Below are positions 55,590 through 64,000 of a stretch of DNA of 64,000 bases, in pieces (position 1 is the stretch's first letter; every line of letters begins with the position of its first letter). A program made the translations under genes and the position numbers. Origin of the DNA: an uncultured Actinomycetes bacterium (GTDB taxonomy: Bacteria > Actinomycetota > Thermoleophilia > Gaiellales > Gaiellaceae); contig CAWFKM010000021.1 of the NCBI GenBank assembly GCA_963816455.1, forward strand, positions 14,514 through 78,513. The letters run 5' to 3'. The notes under the pieces were generated by a model. It did not search any database. It saw only the letters and a program-made list of their open reading frames with translations, and was not told the origin of the DNA.

Positions 55590-58232
55590 TCACCAGGTCT
55601 TGGTCGTCGTGCGGCGCGGAGGCCGCGCGACCCTGACGCGCGCGTCGACGCAAAGCAGCGGTCGGCGAGTGCAAGGACGGGATTGAGGTCGAGCTCGGCG
55701 ATCTCCGGGAAGTCGTCGGCGAGCTTCGCGAGGCGGAGCAGGAGGTCGACGAGCGCCTCCTCGTCCGCCGGCGGCGTGCCGCGGAAGCCCGCGACGAGGC
55801 GGCCGGCCTTGCCGCCGCGGACGAGATCGCTCGCGTCGAGGTCGGTGAGCGGCGCGAGCCGGAACTGCGCCTGGCCGATCAGCTCCGCGAGGACGCCGCC
55901 CGGCCCGAACGCGACGAGCGGCCCGAAGACGGGATCCTGCACCGCGCCGGCGAGGAGCTCGGCGCCGCCGGCGATCATCGGCTGGACGAGCACCGGCGAG
56001 CCGATCCGCTCGGCGGCCGCGCGCACCTCCGCCTCGTCGGCGAGATTCAGCGCGACGCCGCCCGACTCGGTCTTGTGCGCGCCGGCGGCTGCGCTCTTGA
56101 CGACGACGGGGAAGCCGAGCTCGCGTGCGGCCGCGACAGCCTCGTCGGTCGAGCCGGCGACGCGCTCCGGGACGACCGGCAGCCCGTACGCCTCGAGGAG
56201 CGCGCGCGTCGCGGCCGGGTCGAGCCAGGCGTCGTCGGCGGCGCCGAGCGCGTCCGCGACGACGGCTTCCGCCGCGGCGCGATCGACGTCGAGCTCCGGG
56301 ATCGTGCCGGGCGGACGGCGCAGCCAGTCGCCGCGCTCCGCGGCGCGGCCGAGCGCCCGCGCGGCGGCTTCGGGATACGAGAACGACGGCACCTGCGCGG
56401 CGCTGCGCAGTGACGCGGGCGCGCCCCTCGCGCTGAGGAACGCGCAGAGTACGGTCTTGTCGCCGGCGCCGACTGCGGCGCTGCTGATCGCGGCGCCGAC
56501 CTCGTCCTCGTCGACGCCGACGGTCGGGACGAACAGGACGATCACCGCGTCGATTCCGGGATCGGCGAAGCACGACCGGCAGCACGTCGCGGAAGCTCTT
56601 CGCGTTCGCGGAGCCGAGCATGTCGACCGGGTTCGCGCTGCTGCCCTCCGTCGGCATCACGGCGGCGAGCGCGTGCCGCGTGCTCTCGGCGAGTGTCGGC
56701 AGGTCGAGTCCCGCCGCCTCGCAGGCGTCGGCGCAGAGGATGCCGAGCCCGCCCGCGTTCGTGACGAGCGCGACGCGCCGGCCGCGCGGCACCGGCTGCG
56801 CGGAGAGGAGCGACGCGACCTCGACGAGCTCGTCGAGCGTCCGCGTCCGGATCACGCCGGCCTGGTGGAAGAGCGCGTCGACCGCGGCCTCCGACCCGGC
56901 GAGCGCTGCGGTGTGCGAGCTCGCGGCCTTGCTCCCGGCGTGCGTCGTGCCGCCCTTCACGGCGAGGATCGGCTTCGTGCGCGCGACGCGCCGCGCGATG
57001 CGCGCGAACGCGCGCGGGTTGCCGAACGACTCGAGGTAGAGCAGCACGATCTCCGTCGCCGGGTCGTCCTCCCACCATTCGAGGAGGTCGTTCGACGAGA
57101 CGTCGGCCTTGTTTCCGATCGAGACGAACGCCGACAGGCCGAGCCCGCTCGCTTCCGCGCGCTCCAGCACCGCGAGCCCGAGCGCGCCGCTCTGCGACGA
57201 GAAGCCGATGTTCCCGGTCGGAAACGCGCGCGGCGCGAACGTCGCGTTGAGCCGGACCGCGGCGGACGCGATGCCGAGGCAGTTCGGGCCGACGATCCGC
57301 GCGCCGTGCTCGCGCGCGAGCTCGACCAGCCGCTCCTGGCGCCGCCGGCCCTCGGCGCCGATCTCGGCGAAGCCGGCGGAGATGACGCAGAGCGCGCGGA
57401 CGCCGGCCTCGAGCGCTTCCTGCGCTGCGCCGAGCACGTGCTCGCCGGGCAGGCAGATCACGGCGAGATCGACCTGCTCCGGGATGTCGGCGACGCACGA
57501 GTAGCCGCGGACGCCGGCCACCGGCTCGCCGCCGCGGTTGACGGGATAGGCCGCGCCGGAGAAGTCTCCGGCGAGGACGTTGCGGAAGAGCTCGCCGCCG
57601 ATCGAGCCGCGCCGCGCGGACGCGCCGATCACGGCCACGCACGACGGCGCGAAGAATCCCTTCAGCGACGCGGTGACCGCGACGTGGTTCCGCTCCGCGA
57701 CGCGATCGCGGTAGAGCTCTGTCGCTGCGATCGGGAAGCGAACCTCGACCGCGCCGCCGTCGAGCTCGCGCACGATGTCGAAGCCGGCGTCACGGAAGAC
57801 GAGCAGCATCGGACGGTTCTCCGGGAGCACCTCGGCGACGAACTCCTCGATCCCGGCATCCGCCGCCAGCGCGACGAGGCGCTCGAGCAGGCGGGTGCCG
57901 ATGCCGCGGCCCTGGTGCTCGTCGTCGACGGTGAACGCGACCTCGGCGGCGCGGCGGTTGCGCAGCCGCGCGTAGTTGGCGAGAGCGACGATGCGTCCGT
58001 CGAGACACCCGATCAGCGCGCCGCGCTCGTCCCAGTCCGGCTCGACGAACGACTCGACGAGCTTCGGCGAGAGATGCGGGAAGCCGTGGAAGCGCAGGTA
58101 ACGGCTCCGGTCGGAGAGGCGGCCGAAGAAGTCGAGGACGGCCTCGGCGTCGGCGGCGAGCGGCGGCCGCAGTCGCAGCGTCGTGCCGTCGCGGAGGATC
58201 ACGTCTTCGGGATCGTGAGTCAGTGCGCTCAT
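55590..58232 (-). CDS. Pat-type protein acetyltransferase: N-terminal GNAT fused to an NDP-forming acyl-CoA synthetase-like domain (CoA-binding, ligase-CoA, ATP-grasp); frame breaks near 56560 and 55650
   Basis: ORF 55590..58232. ..[61 protein letters not shown] (GNAT). ..[59 protein letters not shown]... It continues in ORF 55307..56545 ([56 protein letters not shown]). The tail returns to the first frame (VDARVRV..). Confidence 0.8.
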   Translation of the reverse strand: MSALTHDPEDVILRDGTTLRLRPPLAADAEAVLDFFGRLSDRSRYLRFHGFPHLSPKLVESFVEPDWDERGALIGCLDGRIVALANYARLRNRRAAEVAFTVDDEHQGRGIGTRLLERLVALAADAGIEEFVAEVLPENRPMLLVFRDAGFDIVRELDGGAVEVRFPIAATELYRDRVAERNHVAVTASLKGFFAPSCVAVIGASARRGSIGGELFRNVLAGDFSGAAYPVNRGGEPVAGVRGYSCVADIPEQVDLAVICLPGEHVLGAAQEALEAGVRALCVISAGFAEIGAEGRRRQERLVELAREHGARIVGPNCLGIASAAVRLNATFAPRAFPTGNIGFSSQSGALGLAVLERAEASGLGLSAFVSIGNKADVSSNDLLEWWEDDPATEIVLLYLESFGNPRAFARIARRVARTKPILAVKGGTTHAGSKAASSHTAALAGSEAAVDALFHQAGVIRTRTLDELVEVASLLSAQPVPRGRRVALVTNAGGLGILCADACEAAGLDLPTLAESTRHALAAVMPTEGSSANPVDMLGSANAKSFRDVLPVVLRRSRNRRGDRPVRPDRRRRRGRGRRRDQQRRSRRRRQDRTLRVPQREGRARVTAQRRAGAVVLVSRSRRAGARPRRGARRLAAPSARHDPGARRRSRRGGSRRRGRARRRRRRLARPGRDARAPRGVRAAGRPGARRRLDRRGCRGRTRARLPRRRQERSRRRAQDRVGRRRAESRRRGGGARGRRADRLAGARPADDRRRRRAPRRRGAGSRLRAARRVRAGRRPRGADRPGAVPARAAHRPRRERSRPRRQGRPPRRGLPRHAAGGRGGARRPPAPPREARRRLPGDRRARPQSRPCTRRPLLCVDARVRVARPPRRTTTKTW

Positions 58233-58323
58233 GTCGCACCTCCAATGCTCGTTGTCGGCCCGCTGACCTGCATCGTGGCACCCGCCGACGCATTTCGCGG
58301 CTTTTCCGCACTACGCTCCTGCT

Positions 58324-58915
58324 ATGGACGAGCGCGACCTCGACCCGGACCCGCTGCGGCAGCTCGCGGCGCTGGTTCGAGGAGGCGCGCGCCGTCGTCC
58401 GCGCGCCGGAGGCGATGGCACTCGCGACCGCGGACGCGAGCGGCTCGCCGTCGGTGCGGATGGTGCTGCTGAAGGGCTTCGACGAGTCGGGCCTCGTCTT
58501 CTACACCAATGTGACGAGCCGGAAGGGGGCGGAGCTCGACGCGAACCCGCGCGCGGCGCTGCTCCTCCACTGGGATCCGCTCGGGCGCCAGGTGCGGGTC
58601 GAGGGCCGGGTCGAACGCGTGTCGGCGGAGGAGTCCGACGCGTACTTCGCGGGCCGGCCGCGCGGCGCGCAGATCGGCGCGCACGCGTCGGATCAGAGCT
58701 CGGTCATCGCCGATCGCGCCGAGCTCGAGCGCCGCGTCGAGGCGGCCGAGCGCGCGTTCGAGGGCGCCGACGTCCCGCGGCCGGAGAGCTGGGGCGGCTA
58801 CCGCGTCGTCCCGGACGCGTGGGAGTTCTGGCAGCACCGCGACAGCCGCCTCCACGACCGCTTCCGCTACACGCGCGACGGCGCCGGCTGGCGCATCGAG
58901 CGGCTCGCGCCCTAG
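58324..58915 (+). CDS. pdxH: Pyridoxamine 5'-phosphate oxidase; one frame break near 58372
   Basis: [15 protein letters not shown] (ORF 58324). Then [134 protein letters not shown] (ORF 58223..58915). Confidence 0.9.
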
Positions 58916-59235
58916 CGCCGCCTCTCGAGGCTGCGCGCGAGCTTGTCGAGGCGGTCGTCCCAGCGCGCGCCGACCTCGACCATCCACGCGACCGCGTCCT
59001 CCAGCGGCCCGGGCGTGAGCTCGTAGCGCGTCTCGCGGCCCGTGCGCGTCGCGCGAAGCAGCCCCGCGTCCGCCAGCGCCGTCAGCTGCTTCGCCACCGC
59101 CTGCCGCGTCACCGGCAGCTCCGCGGCGAGCTCCGTCGCCGTCGCGCTGCCGCGCGCCGCGACGGCCTCGACGAGTGAGCGCCGGCCCGGGTCGCCGAGC
59201 GCGGCGAAGACGCCGTCTACGCGGCGAGCGCGCAC
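58912..59235 (-). CDS. ArsR/SmtB-family transcriptional regulator
   Basis: Tail of ORF 58912..59847, from the GTG at 59235 (107 aa). [67 protein letters not shown]. It overlaps the upstream SRPBCC gene by 19 nt. Confidence 0.8.
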   Translation of the reverse strand: MRARRVDGVFAALGDPGRRSLVEAVAARGSATATELAAELPVTRQAVAKQLTALADAGLLRATRTGRETRYELTPGPLEDAVAWMVEVGARWDDRLDKLARSLERRR

Positions 59236-59564
59236 GCCGAGGCGCGCAGCTCGAGCGCGATGCCGAACGCCGGCGACGTCTCGACGACGTGGAGGATCGT
59301 TCCGCCCTCGACCTCTTCGAGCTCGAGCACGACCTCGCCGCCGTCGTCCCAGTCGAGCACCAGCCGCTCGCCGGGCTCCGCCTCGCGGACGGTTGCCCGC
59401 TGCTCCTCGCCGTCGCCCCAGCGGAAGATCCCCTCGCCGCCCGGACGCGGGTCGAGCTCGACCTCCGTCGCGAACCACTCCTCGAGCCGCTCGGGCTCCG
59501 TCAGCGCCTCCCACAGCTCGTCCGGGGACTCCGGGAAGGCGATCTCGCGCTCGACGATCTCCAC
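59217..59564 (-). CDS. SRPBCC-superfamily (AHSA1/START-like) protein
   Basis: ORF 59217..59594. I prefer the GTG at 59564, preceded by GAGAGGAG. VEIVEREIAFPESPDELWEALTEPERLEEWFATEVELDPRPGGEGIFRWGDGEEQRATVREAEPGERLVLDW. The ATG at 59594 lies inside the predicted operator. Confidence 0.7.
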   Translation of the reverse strand: MEIVEREIAFPESPDELWEALTEPERLEEWFATEVELDPRPGGEGIFRWGDGEEQRATVREAEPGERLVLDWDDGGEVVLELEEVEGGTILHVVETSPAFGIALELRASACALAA

Positions 59565-59585
59565 GGTGCGACTCCTCTCGCGACG

Positions 59586-59629
59586 CGCAACCATTCGGTT
59601 GCGTATAGTATGCGCAACTGCTGAGTTGC
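59586..59629. promoter_or_regulatory. Twin palindromic operators GCAAC-N6-GTTGC flanking a TATAGT hexamer, in the divergent SRPBCC-arsR / clpP intergenic region
   Basis: cGCAACcattcgGTTGCg (59586-59603), TATAGT (59604-59609; reads TACTAT-like on the other strand), GCAACtgctgaGTTGC (59614-59629). Both left arms share the context GCGCAAC. The clpP GTG is at 59651, with GAAGGGAG upstream. Confidence 0.5.
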
Positions 59630-59650
59630 ACTTTAGCGAAGGGAGCCGCC

Positions 59651-60253
59651 GTGCAGCACCTTGTCCCGATGGTCGTCGAGTCCGACGGCCGCTTCGAGCG
59701 CTCGTTCGACATCTTCTCGCGGCTGCTGCGCGAGCGGATCGTCTTCCTCGGCTCGGAGGTGGAGGCGCAGTCGGCGAACCTGATCGTCGCGCAGCTGCTC
59801 TTCCTCGAGGCCGAGGACCCGGACGAGGACATCCGCATGTACGTCAACTCGCCGGGCGGCGACGCCTACGCCGGGATGGCGATCTACGACGCGATGCAGT
59901 TCGTCAAGCCCGATGTCCAGACCTTCTGCGTCGGGATGGCGATGTCCGCAGGCGCGATGATCCTCGCCGGCGGCGCGGCCGGCAAGCGTCACGTCCTCCC
60001 GAACTCGAAGGTGATGATCCATCAGGGCTCCGGCGGCACGCGCGGCACGCCGGCGGATATCCAGATCGCCGCGCGCGAGATCCTGTCGCTGACACGCAAG
60101 TACGCTGAGGTGATCGCGCGCCACTCGGGACGCGACGTCGAGCAGGTGCTGGAGGACATCGACCGCGACCGGTACCTCAACCCGGAGGAAGCCGTCGAGT
60201 ACGGGCTCGCCGACAAGGTGCTGCCGACGCGGGACGCGGTGCTTCCGGAGTAA
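59651..60253 (+). CDS. clpP: ATP-dependent Clp protease proteolytic subunit; intact
   Basis: 200-aa [136 protein letters not shown]. Confidence 0.95.
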   Translation: MQHLVPMVVESDGRFERSFDIFSRLLRERIVFLGSEVEAQSANLIVAQLLFLEAEDPDEDIRMYVNSPGGDAYAGMAIYDAMQFVKPDVQTFCVGMAMSAGAMILAGGAAGKRHVLPNSKVMIHQGSGGTRGTPADIQIAAREILSLTRKYAEVIARHSGRDVEQVLEDIDRDRYLNPEEAVEYGLADKVLPTRDAVLPE

Positions 60254-60263
60254 CCTCGCCCTC

Positions 60264-61653
60264 GTGGCGGTCACCGCCGACCTGCGCGAGGAGCTGCTCC
60301 GGCTGATCCCGGACGAGCGGCGCGTGAGCGACGGCGAGTCCGTTCTCGACCAGCACGCGGGCGATCTCAGCTATCACCGGCCGCGCCGTCCCGACGTCGT
60401 CGTCTTCCCGGAGTCGACCGCAGAGGTCGCGGCGGTGCTCGAGTACGCAGACCGCGCCGGAGTGCCCGTCGTCCCGTTCGGCGCGGGGTCGAGCCTCGAG
60501 GGGCATGTGATTCCGCTGCACGGCGGGATCTCGCTCGACCTGACGCGGCTGAACCGGATCGTCGCGTTGTACGCCGACGATCTCAGCGTGGTCGTCCAGC
60601 CGGGAGTGACGCGCTCGCAGCTCGCGGAGGCCGCGGGTCCGCACGGGCTGTTCTTCCCCGTCGACCCGGGCGCGGACGCGACGCTCGGTGGAATGGCCGC
60701 GACGAACGCGAGCGGAACGACGACCGTCCGCTACGGCGGGATGCGCACGCACGTGCTCGCGCTCGAGGTCGCGCTCGCCGGCGGGCGCGTCGTGCGCACC
60801 GGCACGCGCGCGGTGAAGACGTCCGCGGGCTACAACCTGACGAATCTCTTCATCGGCTCGGAGGGGACGCTCGGCGTGATCACCGAGCTGACGCTGCGCC
60901 TGCATCCGATTCCCGACCGCTCTGTCGTCGCCCGCGCTGCGTTTCCGTCCGTCGAGGCGGCGTGCCGTGCGGCGGCGGCGCTCGTCGGCGCGGGCGTTCT
61001 CCTCACGCGCTGCGAGCTGCTCGACGCGACGACGATCGGCGCGCTGAACGCCTACAAGGGGACGACGTTCCCGGAGTCGCCGTATCTCTTCGTCGAGTTC
61101 GGCGGCAGCGAGGCCGCCGTCGCCGCCGATCTCGAGGCGGCGCGCGAGATCGCGGCGGACGAGGGCGCGTCGGCGTTCGAGAGCGAGAGCGACCCGACGG
61201 CGCGCGCGCGGATGTGGGACGCGCGCCACAACGCGCTGCACGCGTCGCTCGCGCTCGCGCCGGGCTCGCGCGCGATGACGACGGACGTCGCGGTGCCGGT
61301 GTCGCAGCTCGCGGGCGCGATGGAGCACGCGCGCTCGGCGCTCGACGCGTCAGGGCTTCGCGGCGGCATCGTCGGCCACGCCGGCGACGGCAACTTTCAC
61401 GTCGCGTTCCTGCTGGATCCGGACGACGCGGGCGTCGATCGCGCGCGCGGAGAAGCTGAACACGGCGGTCGTCGAGGACGCACTCGCGCGCGGCGGCACC
61501 TGCACCGGCGAGCACGGCGTCGGCTTCGGCAAGCTCGCGTATCTCGAGAAGGAGCACGGCGACACTCTGCCGCTGATGCGCGGGATCAAGGAGTTACTCG
61601 ACCCGAACGGGATCATGAACCCCGGGAAGGTGATCCCCGCCCCCGTCGCGTGA
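60264..61653 (+). CDS. FAD-linked oxidase (GlcD / D-lactate dehydrogenase family); one frame break near 61440
   Basis: ORF 60264..61790. ..PDVVVFPESTAEVAAVLEYADRAGVPVVPFGAGSSLEGH..VVVQPGVTRSQL..FFPVDPGADATLGGMAATNASGTTTVRYGGMR..KTSAGYNLTNLFIGSEGTLGVITELTLRL..GHAGDGNFHV. Then EKLNTAVVEDALARGGTCTGEHGVGFGKLAYLEKEHGDTLPLMRGIKELLDPNGIMNPGKVI to TGA 61651-61653. Confidence 0.85.
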
Positions 61654-61687
61654 CCCGAGGGGACGTGCCCCGTCGAGACGTGGCGGT

Positions 61688-61718
61688 TCTCTTAACGGGG
61701 TCTGACCCCGTTAAGGGA
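61688..61718. terminator. Strong hairpin between convergent genes (candidate bidirectional intrinsic terminator)
   Basis: tctCTTAACGGGG-tctga-CCCCGTTAAGgga: a 10-bp perfect stem (61691-61700 / 61706-61715), extendable to 13 bp with one wobble. It lies between the stops at 61653 (+) and 61730 (-). There is no U-tract, as is common in high-GC genomes. Confidence 0.55.
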
Positions 61719-61729
61719 CGCGCGAGCCG

Positions 61730-62191
61730 TTACTCGCCGGCGAGGCGGCGCAGCGCACTCTCGCGGCCGCGCTCCATCGTCCAGTTGTGATTCGAGCGAA
61801 ACAGCGGACGCAACACGGGGGAGAGCTGCTTGACGCCGGCCTTCTGAACCGACGGACGCCAGTCGAGCTGCGCGCGCGTGCCGTCGCCCTCGCGTTGGAG
61901 GAGCCAGGTGCCGGTGCCTTCGAAGTCGCCGTCGAGCCGCGAGTGGATCCGGTACGGACGCTCGACCTCGAGTGTCGTCAGCGAGAAGTGCAGCCGGTAC
62001 GGCAGGAAACCGCGCGCCTCGACCGAGACCTTCTTCCCCGGTGCCGGATCGCCGCCGTCGCCGTTCGCGGCGACGAACACTGCGCCCCACCAGTTCGGGT
62101 AGTCGAGCGGATGGCCGACGAGGTCGTAGACGCGTTCGATGTCCGCCGGCAGATGCCACTCGTCGAGGAAGCGGTACTCGCAGCGCTGCAA
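61730..62191 (-). CDS. SRPBCC-superfamily (START/polyketide cyclase-like) protein
   Basis: C-terminal 153 codons of ORF 61730..63346, from the TTG at 62191. LQRCEYRFLDEWHLPADIERVYDLVGHPLDYPNWWGAVFVAANGDGG..VSVEARGFLPYRLHFSLTTLEVERPYRIHSRLDGDFEGTGTWLLQREGDGTRAQLDW. It could instead be a C-terminal domain of the patatin, since no stop separates them. Confidence 0.6.
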   Translation of the reverse strand: MQRCEYRFLDEWHLPADIERVYDLVGHPLDYPNWWGAVFVAANGDGGDPAPGKKVSVEARGFLPYRLHFSLTTLEVERPYRIHSRLDGDFEGTGTWLLQREGDGTRAQLDWRPSVQKAGVKQLSPVLRPLFRSNHNWTMERGRESALRRLAGE

Positions 62192-63346
62192 GCCGAACCG
62201 CTCCGCTCGCGCAGCTCTCCGCGTCGCGCAGCCGCGTGAGCGTCGTAGCCGCGCGCGATCAGCTCGCGCTTCGCGTCGTCGCTCCACGGCTTCGGGTTGC
62301 GCAGCCCGGCTTCGAGGCTGACCGCGCCCGGGCCGGCGGAGACTGCGATGCGCGGGACGAGCCGGTCGGTGCCGAACGGGAATCGCGCAGCCGCGAAGCG
62401 CTCGTCGACGGCGGCGGCGACGCGCGTGCCGCGGCGTCCGCCCTCGCGCTTCACGATCGCCGCAACGTCCTCCCGCAGCGCGGCGAGCGCGGCGATCGCC
62501 TGGTCCTTCTCGACCGCCGCGCGCTCCTCGAGGATCGTGTTCTGCTGGACGGCGACACGCATCAGGCGCACGATCATGTCGCCCCAGTGCGCCGGCTCGC
62601 CGCGCGCGTCGCGTTCCTCCGCCTCGCGCAGCTCGTCGATCAGCGCGCGCACCGGCGGCAGCTTCGGGAAGCGCTCGAGCCGGTGGCGCAGCCGCGATGA
62701 GCCCGTCGGAGGAGAAGCGCGGATAGCTCGGCAGGTAGCGGAAGCTCACGATCAGCTCGACGCCCGGCTGGTCGTACGCGTAGCCGAGCGGGAAGTTCCG
62801 CACCCACGCGCCGTCGGTCGCGATCTTCTCGCCGATCGGCCGCGGCAGCACAAGCGCACTGATCGCCGCCGACGCGAGCACGGCCTGCGCGAAGATCTCC
62901 GGCGGCGTCGTGCGCGCGGAGTACGCGAGCTCGTATGCGCGGGCGCCCGCGTCGTGCTCGACGCCCGTCACGTCGGTCGCGCAGACGACGAGCTCGATCG
63001 GCGCCGTCGCGAGCTTGCGCGCCATCTCGACCAGCTTCCCGACCCGCTCGTCGATCGTCTCGGGCAGCCGGTAGTCGTGCGTGCCGAGGAGCGGCAGCCG
63101 CCAGAGCGAGTGCGGCCGGAACACGTCGTTCGGCTGCAGGCCGAGCATGAACTCCTCGAGATCGTCGAGCCGGTCGAGCGCGGCCATCATGCCGCAGAGC
63201 GCGCCGGCGGATGTGCCGTAGATCCAGCCGACGCGCGGCCAGATCGCGCTCTCGCGCAGGCGCTTCAGGAAGCCGAGCTCCAGCAGCACGCCGTTGACGG
63301 CGCCGCCGGAGAGGACGAGCGCGACGTCGGGTTCCATCCGACTCAT
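62192..63346 (-). CDS. Patatin-like phospholipase; one frame break near 62695; 3' end undefined
   Basis: ATG at 63346. MSRMEPDVALVLSGGAVNGVLLELGFL, serine motif IYGTSAGALCGMMAA, Asp motif IATDGAWVRNFP (ORF 61730..63346 frame). Then RLRHRLERFPKLPPVRALIDELREAEERDARGEP..AKRELIARGYDA (ORF 61978..62652). All three frames are stop-free from about 62300 to 61978. Confidence 0.7.
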
Positions 63347-63360
63347 GGTACGTAGACACC

Positions 63361-63960
63361 GTGGATCCGGCGTTCGTCGACGAGCAGATCGATCTCGCGG
63401 GCCGGCGGCTCTCGCTGCTCCGGCCGCCGAGCGCGGACGCGCTCATCGACGAGGACGCCTTCGACGAGGACGAGTTCCTGCCGTACTGGGCCGAGCTCTG
63501 GCCGAGCGGGCTCGCGCTCGCGCGCGCGGTCGCGACGCTCGACCTGCGCGGCGCGCGCGTGCTCGAGCTCGGCGCCGGCCTCGGGCTGCCGTCGCTCGCG
63601 GCGGCACTTGGCGGCGCGGACGTCCTCGCGACCGACTGGGCCGACGACGCGATCGAGCTGCTGCGGCGCAACGCGGAGCGGAACGGGATCGCGCTCCGCG
63701 CGGAGTCCGTCCGCTGGGACGAGCCGGAGCCGCTGCTGCGCGAGGCGCGGTGGTCGCTCGTGCTCGGCGCGGATCTCCTCTACGAGCGACGCAACGCCGA
63801 CCAGCTGCTCGAGCTGCTGCCGCAGCTCGGCGGCGACGCGCTGCTCGCGGATCCCGGCCGGCCGTTCGCGAAGGGCTTCGTCGAGCGCGCGACCGCCCGC
63901 TGGGACGTCGCAACGGAGACGGAAGGGACGATGGTCCTGCACCGCTTGCGGCTACGGTGA
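63361..63960 (+). CDS. Class I SAM-dependent methyltransferase (Methyltransf_16 / protein-lysine methyltransferase-like); intact
   Basis: 199-aa ORF. ..FLPYWAELWPSGLALARAVATLDLRGARVLELGAGLGLPSLAAALGGADVLATDWADDAIELLRRNAERNG..VLGADLLYERRNADQLLELL. Confidence 0.75.
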   Translation: MDPAFVDEQIDLAGRRLSLLRPPSADALIDEDAFDEDEFLPYWAELWPSGLALARAVATLDLRGARVLELGAGLGLPSLAAALGGADVLATDWADDAIELLRRNAERNGIALRAESVRWDEPEPLLREARWSLVLGADLLYERRNADQLLELLPQLGGDALLADPGRPFAKGFVERATARWDVATETEGTMVLHRLRLR

Positions 63961-64000
63961 CGCGATGCTCGCCGCCCTCCTCGCCGCGCTCGCGCTGGCC

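Noticed and set aside
55683-58472. 929-aa plus-strand ORF. Similar long ORFs at 8350..10758 (-), 10313..11932 (-), 13356..14693 (-), 16613..17608 (+), 41673..43796 (-), 42068..43960 (+), 4494..5870 (+)
   Set aside because: They are antisense or out of frame to genes with clear family signatures. Their composition is dominated by R/A/P/G/D/E runs typical of non-coding frames in stop-poor high-GC DNA.
59592-59594. ATG at 59594 as the start of the SRPBCC gene
   Set aside because: It lies inside the first operator palindrome. The GTG at 59564 has a GAGAGGAG RBS and gives the usual N-terminus for this family.
1-64000. Programmed ribosomal frameshifting or transcriptional slippage as the cause of the frame breaks
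   Set aside because: The breaks occur in both directions, at about 60 sites, in unrelated genes. I could find no common slippery heptamer or homopolymer at the sites I inspected (242, 3665, 7900, 22125).
1-64000. Mobile elements, CRISPR arrays, tRNA/rRNA genes, prophage genes
   Set aside because: I saw no transposase/integrase/recombinase-like peptide in any frame, no regularly spaced direct repeats and no tRNA-like cloverleaf regions. The only repeats found are the three palindromes and the local hairpins.

Overview
High-GC, gene-dense chromosomal segment that looks actinobacterial (F420 cofactor genes, a GNAT-first Pat-type acetyltransferase, long runs of 4-nt start/stop overlaps). I saw no rRNA, tRNA, CRISPR array, transposase or integrase. 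Nt 1087-40978 is one very large cell-envelope glycan assembly locus. It holds nine GT4-type, one CgeB-like and four GT2-type glycosyltransferases. It also holds seven multi-pass GT-C-like membrane proteins (two paralogous pairs), GDP-L-fucose synthesis (gmd, fcl), a WbaP-type and a WecA-type initiating phosphotransferase, a MurJ/Wzx-like flippase, an ABC-2 permease (wzm), three SAM methyltransferases, an AsnB-like amidotransferase and a secreted clan GH-A hydrolase. The right third carries hemE, then a somewhat lower-GC three-gene insert (patatin-like lipase, DUF5995-like protein, unknown 4-TM protein), then hemH translationally coupled to the ABC ATPase wzt. After that come an F420 operon (cofC-cofD-npdG-cofE), a GAF histidine kinase with a NarL-type regulator, a CBS-BON protein, a Pat-type acetyltransferase, pdxH, an SRPBCC-ArsR pair, clpP, a GlcD-like FAD oxidase, a second patatin abutting a START/SRPBCC protein, and a methyltransferase. 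Main caveat: by my hand count about 60 places exist where a clearly protein-like peptide jumps to another reading frame. These breaks are strongly clustered and hit housekeeping genes, so I think most are consensus indel errors rather than real decay. The ORF track therefore fragments real genes, fuses neighbours, and lists many long antisense ORFs that are artefacts of stop-codon-poor DNA. I use type pseudogene only for genes with five or more breaks as sequenced. Frame-break positions are hand estimates (about +-20 nt). All family names come from reading the peptides; no searches were run. I cannot prove a novel system. The best candidates are the fcl-led GT-C/GT2 operon, the palindromic repeat family, the hemE/hemH insert and the patatin-SRPBCC junction.
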